Shown: positions 29,028 to 39,011, numbered from the stretch's first letter. The stretch: 59,379 nucleotides of DNA from a candidate division WOR-3 bacterium (GCA_026418155.1 JAOABV010000005.1:1-59379); one strand, 5' to 3'. The notes: generated by a model not told the origin, from the sequence alone. Program-made: numbers and translations.

Positions 29028-29258
29028 GCCTGATCGGCATTATCGGTTGTCGTCTCGGTGAGCCGGTCGGCAAGCCAGGGGGCAGGCCGGGGGGCATACC
29101 CCTCGGCAACCCGCCTGCATACCCTTCTACCCGCCCAATCTACTGATATTTAGATTGTCCTTTAAGTGACCGAATGATTTAACCTCTAAATTATCAATGG
29201 GATAACACAGCAAGTTGTCTAATCTTCTGTCTATTAAGCCAAGCAGGCCTCTTAATAA
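29028..29258 (-). repeat. GC-rich ~240-nt element, copy 2, inverted relative to copy 1
   Basis: The reverse complement aligns with 7468-7715, including ...gataat(tt/cc)agaggttaaatc(a/g)ttcggtcac and ...ttgccgaggggtatgccccccggc(c/t)tgccccctggcttgccgaccggct. Confidence 0.8.
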
Positions 29259-29265
29259 AACATTT

Positions 29266-29286
29266 AGCAGGTCGGACCTGCTTTTT
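29266..29286. terminator. Hairpin plus T-run between convergent nrdD and comF
   Basis: AGCAGGT-CGG-ACCTGCT followed by TTTT on the plus strand. A near-identical hairpin occurs at 46084-46100. Confidence 0.5.
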
Positions 29287-29403
29287 ACTCATATATATAT
29301 TAATTTTTTATCTTTATTTATCTTTTCTTTTTCCCGTAAGGGGCGCTCATTTTTAGATTAAATATATCTTCTGGTATTGTGCTTTGATCGGAAAGACAAT
29401 AAG

Positions 29404-30150
29404 TTAAATTAGTTCTCTAACACGGGCTGTGGCTACGACCAGCCCATAAACTTCTTTTGCTCCATTTTGAAGTAGAATCCTGCTTGCTTCTGATAATGTT
29501 GCGCCTGTGGTAATTACATCGTCAATTAGAATCACTCTTTTATTTTCTAAAGAAACATTTAGGTCTTGTTTAAGACGATATGCCTCTCTGATATTTTCCG
29601 TTCTTGCCGTATAGTCAAGTTGAGTTTGGGATTTGGTATTTTTCTTGCGTTGCAAACAATCCAGTAAGGTTAACCCGGAATTAAAGGCGGTTTCTTGCGC
29701 AAGGAGTAGTGACTGATTATATCCGCGTTCTCTTAATCGAGCAGGATGTAATGGAATCGGCACAATAAAATCTGCCCGACTCAAAATCGGGTCTGAATTG
29801 ATAACATTACCTAATCCCAAACCTAAAACTTGAGCAATTTTTCTTTTGTTGTGATATTTGAAATTATGAACCAGTCCTTTATAAGGCATCTGATATTTAC
29901 CTAATGCTCGGATTCGGCTAAGGAATTGAGTTCTTACCCCGGACTTGAAATTGGGATGTTCACATTGCTCATCCCAATCTTTGGGCATTCCACAAACCGA
30001 ACAAATGCCCAAGACATTAGTCGTAACTTGAATAAAACATTTATCACAGATAAATCCTTGCTCAATATCTTTGTCACACCCATAACAGCGTGGTGGAAAT
30101 ATAAAATCTAACAAAGCACCTGAGAGATGTTTTAATATCTTTAGAATCAT
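29404..30150 (-). CDS. comFC: ComF family protein (phosphoribosyltransferase domain)
   Basis: N-terminal CxxC...CxxC pairs and the PRTase motif VILIDDVITTGATL. Confidence 0.85.
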   Translation of the reverse strand: MILKILKHLSGALLDFIFPPRCYGCDKDIEQGFICDKCFIQVTTNVLGICSVCGMPKDWDEQCEHPNFKSGVRTQFLSRIRALGKYQMPYKGLVHNFKYHNKRKIAQVLGLGLGNVINSDPILSRADFIVPIPLHPARLRERGYNQSLLLAQETAFNSGLTLLDCLQRKKNTKSQTQLDYTARTENIREAYRLKQDLNVSLENKRVILIDDVITTGATLSEASRILLQNGAKEVYGLVVATARVRELI

Positions 30151-30202
30151 ATTTGAATCTCTGCCAAATTATTTCTGCTGGAATTTAATACAATAATAAC
30201 TA

Positions 30203-30961
30203 TTACTTACTTCTTGTCCTAATAATTATAAAGATGATTGCAAATATCGCTAAACTTAACGCAACGATTTGATTAACCCAAAAATTGGTTGAGTTTTCAT
30301 AATATCTAACAAAATCTATCCCGAATCTAAATAATGAATAAAGTAAAAGGATAATGCCAAATAATATTCCTGGCTTAAGATGTTTCTTTTCTAATATTAA
30401 TGCTAAAATGAAAAGTAGCAGTCCGGCCAAGGATGAATAAAGTTGGGTCGGATGAACTGGACAATCAAAAGTATATCCTGCAGCCGAATGTTTAGGAAAT
30501 ACAACTCCTAATAACGAATTAGTCGGTTTGCCAAAACAACAGCCATTAAGAAAACAACCGATGCGGGTAAAGAATTCGCCGAGGACAACTGCTGGAGCAA
30601 TCGCATCAAGCATTTTTAATAAGGGCATCTTTTCTTTTTTAGCATAAAGGATACCAAACAACAAGCCAAAAAGAAATCCACCATAAAACATCAACCCACC
30701 TAATCCACCACGCCAAAATGCAATGATACCAATTAAATCATCAGCAAATTCTGACCAATGAAAAATGACATAAAACAATCTTGCTCCTACTATAACTGCT
30801 ACTAAAACGATTAGTGCCAAATTAGTAATTTTATCCGGATGGACACCAAATTTTTTTGCCCGAGATTCAACTATCTTGGTTCCAATCAGAAACGAGATAA
30901 ACAGAAACAAGCCATAAGAATAGATATTAAGATTACCAATTCTTAAGATTATAGGATGCAT
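30203..30961 (-). CDS. lgt: Prolipoprotein diacylglyceryl transferase
   Basis: Polytopic membrane protein with the RIGCFLNGCCFGKP and HPTQLY motifs. Confidence 0.9.
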   Translation of the reverse strand: MHPIILRIGNLNIYSYGLFLFISFLIGTKIVESRAKKFGVHPDKITNLALIVLVAVIVGARLFYVIFHWSEFADDLIGIIAFWRGGLGGLMFYGGFLFGLLFGILYAKKEKMPLLKMLDAIAPAVVLGEFFTRIGCFLNGCCFGKPTNSLLGVVFPKHSAAGYTFDCPVHPTQLYSSLAGLLLFILALILEKKHLKPGILFGIILLLYSLFRFGIDFVRYYENSTNFWVNQIVALSLAIFAIIFIIIRTRSK

Positions 30962-31031
30962 AGTTTTATATTCTCCTTATTTATGTCATTGAAAAAGAAT
31001 TTAGAGTAAATTAACAGGTTTCTTATCATAA

Positions 31032-31101
31032 GTGTAATAGGAATAAATATATAGTGAGTGTAATAGGAATAAATATATAGTGTAATAGGAATAAATATAT
31101 T
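31032..31101. repeat. Three tandem 22-26-bp AT-rich units between the M50 protease stop and the lgt start
   Basis: gtgtaataggaataaatatata begins at 31032, 31058 and 31080. Confidence 0.8.
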
Positions 31102-31114
31102 ATACTCATTTTGG

Positions 31115-32188
31115 CTATCTTATTGGAAACGGATTTGGTGTAAAAGAACAGAGCATAATAATAAGAGCAACAACCGCCAAAATTTTATCACTGGTTTTTA
31201 AGGGAGTAATTTCGTCTTGAGTTTGAGGATGTCTTAATCCTGTGATTAAAATTAACAAAATCCAAAAGAACCAACCTGGCCAAAGTATTCCTAATCCGGC
31301 CATTGTCGGAATGAGGAAAAATGTGAAAATTTTGCGGTATCTTCCCAATATCGCATACGCAATATGGCCACCGTCAAGTTGACCCGCAGGAATCAGATTT
31401 AATGCAGTAACAAATAATCCTAACCAACCCGCAAATGCCATTGGACTTAATACTAAATCATAGCCTTGAGGAATATTGCGATGGAAAAGAAAAGTAAAAA
31501 TGTTAAATAAAAGCGGAGCACCGAGTCGAATTTGATATTCGGCTTTAGTAATTTGAATAACTTGGGAATGGGCAATGCCAATAAGCGTTATGGGCAGGGC
31601 AATTAAAAATCCGATGATTGGACCGGCAACGCCAATTCTTAATAAAGCCCGTCGATTAGGAAGCATGGATTTAATTCTAATAAAAGCGCCCATTGTGCCA
31701 ACTAAAGGATGGGGAATTGGTAAAAAATAAGGTAGCGTCACGGAAACACCATAATGCCGAGAAGTGAAATAATGTCCAAGTTCATGACCGCCTAAGATTA
31801 GCAACAATGAGAACGAGAAAGGTATACCAAGCGCAAAATCCTTAATTTGAGAAAAAGGGTTACCTCCGCGATTAATCGCACCAATCAATAAAGTAGTGAA
31901 AACCGTAGCAACAAATAGTATTAGATTGACATAATTGGAACTTATCCAATTTTTCTGGATTGTCGATTTAGTTTCAGGTAATGTAATTAGATGAATCCGA
32001 TGAGGATACATTTTATTAGCAGACTTTTCGAATAACGGTTGATAACCCCGTTGAAGAAAGTACTCTTTTAGTTTTTTAATATTTCCTTCTAACGGCGGAA
32101 GAATCTTTCCTGAGATACCAGTTGCTTGGATTTCAGCAAGTTCAATGTATTGGGACAACTCTTTCTCGTCAATTAAATAGTCATTCAT
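31115..32188 (-). CDS. Site-2 protease family (M50) membrane metalloprotease
   Basis: HELGH zinc motif, multiple TM segments and the LIPAGQLDGGH motif. Confidence 0.85.
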   Translation of the reverse strand: MNDYLIDEKELSQYIELAEIQATGISGKILPPLEGNIKKLKEYFLQRGYQPLFEKSANKMYPHRIHLITLPETKSTIQKNWISSNYVNLILFVATVFTTLLIGAINRGGNPFSQIKDFALGIPFSFSLLLILGGHELGHYFTSRHYGVSVTLPYFLPIPHPLVGTMGAFIRIKSMLPNRRALLRIGVAGPIIGFLIALPITLIGIAHSQVIQITKAEYQIRLGAPLLFNIFTFLFHRNIPQGYDLVLSPMAFAGWLGLFVTALNLIPAGQLDGGHIAYAILGRYRKIFTFFLIPTMAGLGILWPGWFFWILLILITGLRHPQTQDEITPLKTSDKILAVVALIIMLCSFTPNPFPIR

Positions 32189-32227
32189 GGTTTAGGCGCA
32201 TGTTCGTCGCTTAAGAATCATATTTTT

Positions 32228-32596
32228 TTATTGGTTAGATTTCGAGGTTCCCATTCTTCTAATTCTTTGAATATACCGGCGTAAGATATCAAGACTTTCT
32301 AAAAGTGCAGTTGGTTGGATTATAATACGGTTTGCAACCGGCAAAACCTTTAGTCCGTAGGTGGTGCGTCCGGCTTCGCCAATTCGAAATCCGCCACTAT
32401 AAGCAATTGGATACTTTGAATACATTTTGCCAGTTGCCTGATTTAAGAATTTAATTAAATCAGAGACTACTAAGAGAATAACTTCATCAATATTAGCATC
32501 TGATTTTAAGGGCAAAATCACTATTTCGCCACCAAAACTGCGGTCATCTTTTATGGTAACACCTTCGGTATTTATAAATTTAATTAACTCAGACAT
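32228..32596 (-). CDS. Hypothetical protein (122 aa)
   Basis: Clean ORF lying between two co-oriented genes. No recognisable motif. Confidence 0.5.
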   Translation of the reverse strand: MSELIKFINTEGVTIKDDRSFGGEIVILPLKSDANIDEVILLVVSDLIKFLNQATGKMYSKYPIAYSGGFRIGEAGRTTYGLKVLPVANRIIIQPTALLESLDILRRYIQRIRRMGTSKSNQ

Positions 32597-32668
32597 ATTC
32601 TTTTACTATCGTTAAAGATAGATAAGTTGCACCATTTTTCTTTTATCACATTTTATCTAATTAGAAAA

Positions 32669-33943
32669 CTACGCTTCCATTCCAAATAGATAAGCATAGA
32701 CTTTAGCATCGCCAATCATATTTTCAATTATACAGTATTCGTTGGGTTGATGAGCAGTATTAGCAAATTTTCCCCAGACGACCGCAGGAAAACCTTGCTT
32801 TCGTAAAATTGCAGCCACAGTTCCACCGCCAATACCTCGCGGTTTAGCATTGACATTGTAGACTTTTTTTATTGCTTGTTTGAGTAATTTGACCACATCA
32901 GAATTAGATGGAGTCATTGGTGCGGACTGATTGCTTTGGAATGGTTCGACGACAATTTTTGCTGAAAACTTATTTTCAATCTTATTTAGTTCCTCACGAA
33001 TATCGGTCAAAATATTTTGGAGGTCATATTCTGGCAGAATCCGACAATCAAAATAAAACACATCTTCACCGGGAATCGTATTAATGTTAGGTACATTGCT
33101 CTCTTTTTTTGTCGGTTCAAAGGTTGAGGTCGGTGGCGAAAACAATCGGTTTTTAACTTTATATTTTTTCTTAAAATATTTATCTAAGTGACAAATTAAA
33201 TTAGCACCAATCCGATGGGCATTTATTCCGTGATGAGGTGCAGATGCATGACATTGTTTCCCATAAACAATAAATTTTAACCAGAGCATCGATTTTTCTG
33301 CAATCTCAAGTAAAGTGCCATCTTCATTACCAGCATCGGCGACAATGAATAAATCGTCTTTTTTGAATAGTTCGGGATGATTGTTAACTAAATATTGTGC
33401 GCCAAATTTACTGCCAGTCTCTTCATCAGCCACTAATAAGAGGGCTACATCATAATTTGGAGCTAAGCCTAACGATTTTAAGACCTTTACTGCGATAATT
33501 GAAGCCACCATTTCTTGTTGATTGTCTTCTGTGCCTCGGCCAAAAATTTTACCATCTTTTACTACGGCTTGGAATGGGTCGGTCTGCCATAAATCTTTAG
33601 GTCCAGGCGGCACAATATCAAGATGGGTCATAATCCAAATCGTTCGGTTACGATTAATTCCTTCTAAGCGTACAACAAGATTAGGTCGGTAACCTGAAGG
33701 CACTGAATCATCTGGGGCATTATATTCTTTAACATTAAGGGATAAATCGTTTAAGTATTTTAAGAGATAATTTGCCTTATCAACTTCGCCCTGACCACCA
33801 TTTTGGGGTCCAATGGCTGGCAGGGCAACAAGTTCAGATTGTAATTTAATCATTTCTGAACTCGCTTCGTCAATGGTTTCTCTAATCTTTTGCCAAACTT
33901 TATCTTTCCACATTTTGTTGCTCCTAATTAAGATTAATTTCAA
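32669..33943 (-). CDS. M20 family metallopeptidase (ArgE/DapE-like)
   Basis: Motifs THLDIVPPG, GRGTEDNQ and ADEETGS. The start may be the Met at 33913. Confidence 0.85.
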   Translation of the reverse strand: MKLILIRSNKMWKDKVWQKIRETIDEASSEMIKLQSELVALPAIGPQNGGQGEVDKANYLLKYLNDLSLNVKEYNAPDDSVPSGYRPNLVVRLEGINRNRTIWIMTHLDIVPPGPKDLWQTDPFQAVVKDGKIFGRGTEDNQQEMVASIIAVKVLKSLGLAPNYDVALLLVADEETGSKFGAQYLVNNHPELFKKDDLFIVADAGNEDGTLLEIAEKSMLWLKFIVYGKQCHASAPHHGINAHRIGANLICHLDKYFKKKYKVKNRLFSPPTSTFEPTKKESNVPNINTIPGEDVFYFDCRILPEYDLQNILTDIREELNKIENKFSAKIVVEPFQSNQSAPMTPSNSDVVKLLKQAIKKVYNVNAKPRGIGGGTVAAILRKQGFPAVVWGKFANTAHQPNEYCIIENMIGDAKVYAYLFGMEA

Positions 33944-34320
33944 TATAACACAATGTATAACACTATAAAATAATATATTACACTATACAAAAATAATTTT
34001 ATGTTGGCAAGAGTAAAAACGATGTTATTGAGCAAATGTTCAATCAATGATAATCTTTAATTCTAAAACAGTACCCCCAATTGTCTCAAGCATCAATTAT
34101 CTATTGAACCATACCCATAGGTTTCGACAAGATAGCAAAAACAGTATATCTGTTTTGGTAGAGTTTTCTCAAAGGAGACTTCTGAACAGATAAATTTTTG
34201 CTAAAAATATACTGAAATCATTGAATATTCTCAATCTTTTGGGTGTTCAAAACAATTTTCAGTGTTCTCTAAAATGATTTTCTACACATCGATACGATTT
34301 GATTTATTCCGAACTTTCTA

Positions 34321-34375
34321 AAAGGTAGTGGATAATATTTTGTATAAATTTAGAATTGATGTGTAAAAATAAATT
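34321..34375 (+). promoter_or_regulatory. Copy C of the dispersed ~50-nt upstream motif, abutting the rplM promoter
   Basis: aaaggtagtggataatattttgtataaatttagaattgatgtgtaaaaataaa is almost identical in layout to copy E upstream of the mutase gene. Confidence 0.65.
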
Positions 34376-34380
34376 AACAC

Positions 34381-34409
34381 TTGACATTTTGGGTTTTTTT
34401 CGATATAAA
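34381..34409 (+). promoter_or_regulatory. Sigma70-type promoter of the rplM-rpsI-rpsB-tsf block
   Basis: TTGACA (34381-34386), a 17-nt spacer and TATAAA (34404-34409). Confidence 0.65.
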
Positions 34410-34493
34410 TTATCTTTATACTACACCATCAGTCGTATAGATGAAATTAAACAATCAGTGCTGGCTGATGGCTATATGAATATAATTTATTTT

Positions 34494-34919
34494 ATGAAAA
34501 CATATATTGCTAAAAACAGTGATGTAGAGCGAAAGTGGTATTTATTTAATGCCGAGAATAAAACTCTCGGTCGTTTTGCATCACAGGTTGCACGCGTCTT
34601 GATTGGTAAGGATAAACCGACTTGGACACCGCATATTGATGCTGGTGATTTTGCAATTATTGTCAATGCGAAAAAGATTCGCGTCACGGGTAAGAAAATG
34701 ACAGATAAAATATATTATCATCATTCAGGTTATCCAGGCGGTCTTAAAAAAGTTACCTTAAAAGAGATGTTTGCGAAACATCCCGAGCGCATTCTCTATC
34801 TTGCCATAAAGCGGATGCTTCCCAAAAATCGGTTCCAAGCCAAAAGAATTAAGCGGCTTTTTATTTATTCCAATAGCAAACATCCCCATCAGGCGCAAAA
34901 ACCAATTGCTGTTGAGTGA
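34494..34919 (+). CDS. rplM: 50S ribosomal protein L13
   Basis: MKTYIAKNSDVERKWYLFNAENKTLGRFASQVA is the canonical L13 N-terminus. The ORF-track start at 34356 lies upstream of the predicted promoter. Confidence 0.93.
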   Translation: MKTYIAKNSDVERKWYLFNAENKTLGRFASQVARVLIGKDKPTWTPHIDAGDFAIIVNAKKIRVTGKKMTDKIYYHHSGYPGGLKKVTLKEMFAKHPERILYLAIKRMLPKNRFQAKRIKRLFIYSNSKHPHQAQKPIAVE

Positions 34920-34923
34920 AATT

Positions 34924-35319
34924 ATGAACTTAAAAAATGCTTTTTTCGCTGTCGGTTCAAGAAAAACCGCAACTGCCAAAGTCTGGGTGCTTCCAGGTAA
35001 CGGAGATATAAAAATAAACAACAAAGATGCCCAGAACTATTTAGGTCGCGATGACTTATATGAGGTAGTTCTGGCACCACTTAAAACTACCGGCCTAACG
35101 GGACAATTCCAAATAATTTGTCAAGTTGACGGTGGAGGCATTTCGGCTCAGGCTGATGCGGTCGCTTTAGGAACTGCCCGTGCCTTATGTAAGTATAATC
35201 CTGAATTACGGAAGACCCTAAAAAACGCCGGTCTATTAAAACGAGACCCTCGAGAAAAAGAACGAATGAAATATGGCTTAGCCAAAAGGAGAAAACGATT
35301 CCAATGGACCAAACGTTAA
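34924..35319 (+). CDS. rpsI: 30S ribosomal protein S9
   Basis: GSRKTATAKVWV...GGGISAQADAV...KYGLAKRRKRFQWTKR. Start taken at ATG 34924, after the rplM stop. Confidence 0.93.
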   Translation: MNLKNAFFAVGSRKTATAKVWVLPGNGDIKINNKDAQNYLGRDDLYEVVLAPLKTTGLTGQFQIICQVDGGGISAQADAVALGTARALCKYNPELRKTLKNAGLLKRDPREKERMKYGLAKRRKRFQWTKR

Positions 35320-36044
35320 CAACACAACACACTTCTTATCCTTTAGGTATTACCATTAAAGAATTACTTGAAGCCGGTGTTCATTTTGGCCATCGTTCGC
35401 ATCGCTGGAATCCAAAAATGAAACCGTTTATCTTCGGTAAAAAGAACGACATTTACATTATTGATTTGGAGAAAACCTTAGAACGAATAAAACTGGCTTA
35501 TGAAGCAGTTCGAAGAGTAGCGGAAACTGGACAGGATGTCATCTTTATTGGAACTAAACCGCAAGCCAAATTGATTATTGAAGAAGAAGCCAAACGATGT
35601 AATGCTTACTACATCACCGAACGCTGGGTTGGTGGACTTATTACAAATTTTGATGTTGTATCAACCCGCATTGCTCGGATGGTCGAATTAGAAAGAATTC
35701 TTCAAGAATCTAAACCTACTAATATGACGAAAAAGGAAATGTTATCTTTAGAACGCGAATATAATAAACTTAAAAAAATCTTCAATGGCGTGAGAGATAT
35801 GGACCGGCTACCTGGTATTGCATATGTGGTTGATGTGGCACGAGAAGCGACGCCTTTAGCAGAACTCAAGCGGGCAAAAATTCCAATTGTCGCAATGATC
35901 GATACTAATGGTGACCCAGAAGACATTGATTATCCGATTCCGAGTAATGATGATGCTTTAAGGTCAATAAAACTTGTAACCAGCACAATTGCTAATGCGG
36001 TATTAGAAGGACGAAAGGGGTTTGAAACCGAGGAGGCACAATGA
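35304..36044 (+). CDS. rpsB: 30S ribosomal protein S2
   Basis: ELLEAGVHFGHRSHRWNPKM motif. Confidence 0.93.
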   Translation: MDQTLTTQHTSYPLGITIKELLEAGVHFGHRSHRWNPKMKPFIFGKKNDIYIIDLEKTLERIKLAYEAVRRVAETGQDVIFIGTKPQAKLIIEEEAKRCNAYYITERWVGGLITNFDVVSTRIARMVELERILQESKPTNMTKKEMLSLEREYNKLKKIFNGVRDMDRLPGIAYVVDVAREATPLAELKRAKIPIVAMIDTNGDPEDIDYPIPSNDDALRSIKLVTSTIANAVLEGRKGFETEEAQ

Positions 36045-36637
36045 ACATTTCGATGGAACTTATTAAGGAATTAAGAGCACGAACCAACTCGGGTATTTTA
36101 GATTGTAAACAAGCCTTAGAAGAAACGCAGGGCGATATTAACAAAGCAATTGAACTGTTAAGACAAAAAGGAATTGCTTCGGCTGAGAAAAAACTGCAAC
36201 GGGCAACGGTTGAAGGTGTCATTGATGCTTATATCCACCCAGGTGAACGTTTAGGTGTAATTGTTGAAGTAAATTGTGAAACTGATTTTGTTGCGCGCAA
36301 TCAGGACTTTCGTCGTTTTGTCCACGAAATCGCAATGCAGATTGCCGCTACAGACCCAATGGCAATTTCTCGAGAAGACTTAAAACCAGAAATCGTTGAG
36401 CGCGAAAAAAAGATTTACGAGAGTCAATTAAAAGATTCTGGTAAACCACCACAAGTGATTGAAAAGATTATTCAAGGTAAACTGGAAAAATTTTATTCCG
36501 ATGTTTGTCTTTTAGAGCAACCGTTTGTAAAAATACCCGAGAAAAAAGTTGGCGATTATCTTAAAGAACAAATTGCCAAATACGGTGAGAACATCAAGAT
36601 TAAACGGTTCGTCCGATTTAAACTTGGTGAGGAATAG
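36041..36637 (+). CDS. tsf: Translation elongation factor Ts (short form)
   Basis: IKELRARTNSGILDCKQALEE UBA-like N-terminus. ATGA overlap with the rpsB stop. Confidence 0.93.
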   Translation: MNISMELIKELRARTNSGILDCKQALEETQGDINKAIELLRQKGIASAEKKLQRATVEGVIDAYIHPGERLGVIVEVNCETDFVARNQDFRRFVHEIAMQIAATDPMAISREDLKPEIVEREKKIYESQLKDSGKPPQVIEKIIQGKLEKFYSDVCLLEQPFVKIPEKKVGDYLKEQIAKYGENIKIKRFVRFKLGEE

Positions 36638-36810
36638 TCTTTGGTTGAAGACCCAGCACAAACCAAAGTAATTATAAAGTCTAACTTCGCTCCGATTTAA
36701 AAATTATTATAACAAGACAGCGCTCTTTTTATATTTAATTTATAATTGTTTCTTAAAAGAGAAGATAGTAAAACCAATCCCATCAGTGATACAAAAAATG
36801 GGAGGAACAC

Positions 36811-37368
36811 ATGCTTGAAGAAAAATACAAACAGATAAAAGAAAAGATGCAAAAGACCGTTGACCTTTTATCTTTAGAATTGTCCCGGATAAGAACCGCG
36901 CGGGCGAATCCCGCAATCTTAGATGATGTCAAAGTTGATTATTATGGAACTTTAACGCCCTTAAAACAACTATCTTCAATTTCTGTTCCGGAACCTCGAC
37001 AATTATTAATTCAACCTTGGGACCGCTCAGCGATTCCTGAGATTGAGAAAGCAATTCTTAAATCGGAACTGGGATTAAATCCAATTGTCGAGGCTAATCT
37101 GATACGGATTCCGATTCCTCCACTAACTGAAGAGCGAAGAAAAGAGTTAGTGAAGTTATGTCACAAGTTGTCTGAAGATGCTAAAATTGCGATTCGGAAT
37201 ATTCGCCGAGACGGAAATGAAGATATTAAGAAATTAGAAAAAGATAAAAAAATATCTGAGGACGATGCCCGTATTGCCCAAAAGAAAATTCAAGAGTTTA
37301 CCGATGAATTTATCAAGACCGTGGATAAACTATTTGCCCAAAAAGAAAAAGAGATAATGGAGCGATAG
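36811..37368 (+). CDS. frr: Ribosome recycling factor
   Basis: LSRIRTARANPAILDDVKVDYYG motif. Confidence 0.93.
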   Translation: MLEEKYKQIKEKMQKTVDLLSLELSRIRTARANPAILDDVKVDYYGTLTPLKQLSSISVPEPRQLLIQPWDRSAIPEIEKAILKSELGLNPIVEANLIRIPIPPLTEERRKELVKLCHKLSEDAKIAIRNIRRDGNEDIKKLEKDKKISEDDARIAQKKIQEFTDEFIKTVDKLFAQKEKEIMER

Positions 37369-37388
37369 ATTTTTACTAAATACCGTTA

Positions 37389-38108
37389 ATGAAAGATTCT
37401 TCGATTAAGATTCCAAGCCATATTGCAATTATTATGGATGGTAATGGTCGCTGGGCAAAAAAACGGGGTTTGCCTAGGTATTTCGGACACCGTAAAGGAG
37501 TTGAAGCTGTTCGCACGACAGTTAAAGCCTGTGCGGAATTTGGTATTAAATACCTTACTTTATATGTCTTCTCTTCAGAAAATTGGGAACGTCCCGCATC
37601 AGAAGTAAATAAATTAATGCAATTACTCCAAGAGTTATTAGTTAAAGAAGAACCAGAACTGAATAAAAATAATGTTAAAGTAAAAGCGATTGGTCAATTG
37701 GACCGATTACCAACTGAAGTTAGAAAAAATCTTGATTATCTAATAAATAAAACTCAGAACAACACGGGTTTAGTTTTAGTATTAGCGTTAAGTTATGGTT
37801 CAAGAGCGGAGATTGCAGATGCGATAAGAAAAATACCGGCTAATGAAATAAAAAATCTAACCAGCGATAATTTTCGCCAATATCTCTACGATACAGAACT
37901 ACCGGATCCGGATTTATTAATTCGCACCGGTGGCGAAAAACGGCTATCCAATTTCTTATTATGGCAAAGCGCTTATACAGAACTCTATTTTACTGATGTG
38001 CTCTGGCCAGACTTCAATAAAAAAGAACTTTGGAAAGCAATTGAAGATTTTAGTAAACGGAAACGACGGTTTGGTCGGATTTCAGAATATGAAACATCGG
38101 AAAAATGA
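37389..38108 (+). CDS. uppS: Isoprenyl transferase (undecaprenyl diphosphate synthase)
   Basis: IIMDGNGRWA and RTGGEKRLSNFLLWQ motifs. Confidence 0.93.
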   Translation: MKDSSIKIPSHIAIIMDGNGRWAKKRGLPRYFGHRKGVEAVRTTVKACAEFGIKYLTLYVFSSENWERPASEVNKLMQLLQELLVKEEPELNKNNVKVKAIGQLDRLPTEVRKNLDYLINKTQNNTGLVLVLALSYGSRAEIADAIRKIPANEIKNLTSDNFRQYLYDTELPDPDLLIRTGGEKRLSNFLLWQSAYTELYFTDVLWPDFNKKELWKAIEDFSKRKRRFGRISEYETSEK

Positions 38109-38186
38109 GATTTACTTCTCAGTAGAATTATCTTTAGGAAACCTAATATCGGTCATAGGGACTTAATTGTCTAAATTAAATATATT

Positions 38187-39011
38187 ATGAGCAATTTTAT
38201 AAAACGCTGTATTGTGGGCAGTCTTCTTGGTATTATTGTTATTATTGCTATTTTCGTTAATAATCCATTACTAATTCTTTTGTTAACATTAATCTGGGTT
38301 GGATTTGCCACTAACGAATTTCTTCATATTCTTTCATTAAAAAATATCCAACTTAGCCGGTTCTTAATTATATTGCTAAATCTTACTTTTCCTGTGCTCT
38401 TTTATTTCACCAAATCTTTTATCTTGTTTTTACTTTTACCGGTAGTTGTTTTTATTTACGCTTTGCTCAAAAATGAGCAATATTATCTTGTTGTTCCTTT
38501 TAGTGTTTTTACATTATTCTATTTAGGGTTCTTGGCATCTCATCTTTTGTTTCTAAAAATTTGGGCAATAGAACAAAATCTATCTTTTTGGATTGTTTTT
38601 TTCCCGGTGCTTTTTACTTGGGTTAATGATACTTTTGCCTATGCTGTTGGAACATTGTTTGTAAAAGTTATTAGATGGTCCCATAAATTAGCCGCGCAGA
38701 TTAGTCCCAATAAGACTATAGAAGGATTTTTAGGAGGGCTTATTGTGAGTGTTGTATTTTCAGTCTTTTTTCTCAAACACTTTTATCCCAACATCCATCT
38801 TCTGATAACCATTTTTTTGGGTTTGGTCCTTAGCGTTAGCGCTCAGGTAGCCGATTTAGTCGAATCGGGATTCAAACGAGCAGTAAACTTAAAAGACAGT
38901 TCTAATATCTTTCCAGGACACGGTGGCTTTTTAGACCGAATTGACAGTTTATTATTAACTGTTCCAGTGTTTTACTATTTTTTGAGATATATTATATCTA
39001 TATTTTATTAG
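38187..39011 (+). CDS. cdsA: Phosphatidate cytidylyltransferase
   Basis: Polytopic membrane protein with the C-terminal PGHGGFLDRIDS signature. Confidence 0.9.
   Translation: MSNFIKRCIVGSLLGIIVIIAIFVNNPLLILLLTLIWVGFATNEFLHILSLKNIQLSRFLIILLNLTFPVLFYFTKSFILFLLLPVVVFIYALLKNEQYYLVVPFSVFTLFYLGFLASHLLFLKIWAIEQNLSFWIVFFPVLFTWVNDTFAYAVGTLFVKVIRWSHKLAAQISPNKTIEGFLGGLIVSVVFSVFFLKHFYPNIHLLITIFLGLVLSVSAQVADLVESGFKRAVNLKDSSNIFPGHGGFLDRIDSLLLTVPVFYYFLRYIISIFY

Noticed and set aside
7468-29258. Inverted GC-rich elements as the ends of a 21.8-kb composite transposon
   Set aside because: The interval is filled with core genes (purL, recF, ddl, cca, livHMGF, nrdRD). There is no transposase, and no terminal inverted repeats or target-site duplications could be seen.
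34356-34493. N-terminal extension of rplM, and the similar one at 34906-34923 for rpsI
   Set aside because: The extension overlaps the predicted promoter and has no similarity to L13. The canonical L13 and S9 N-termini begin at the internal ATGs.
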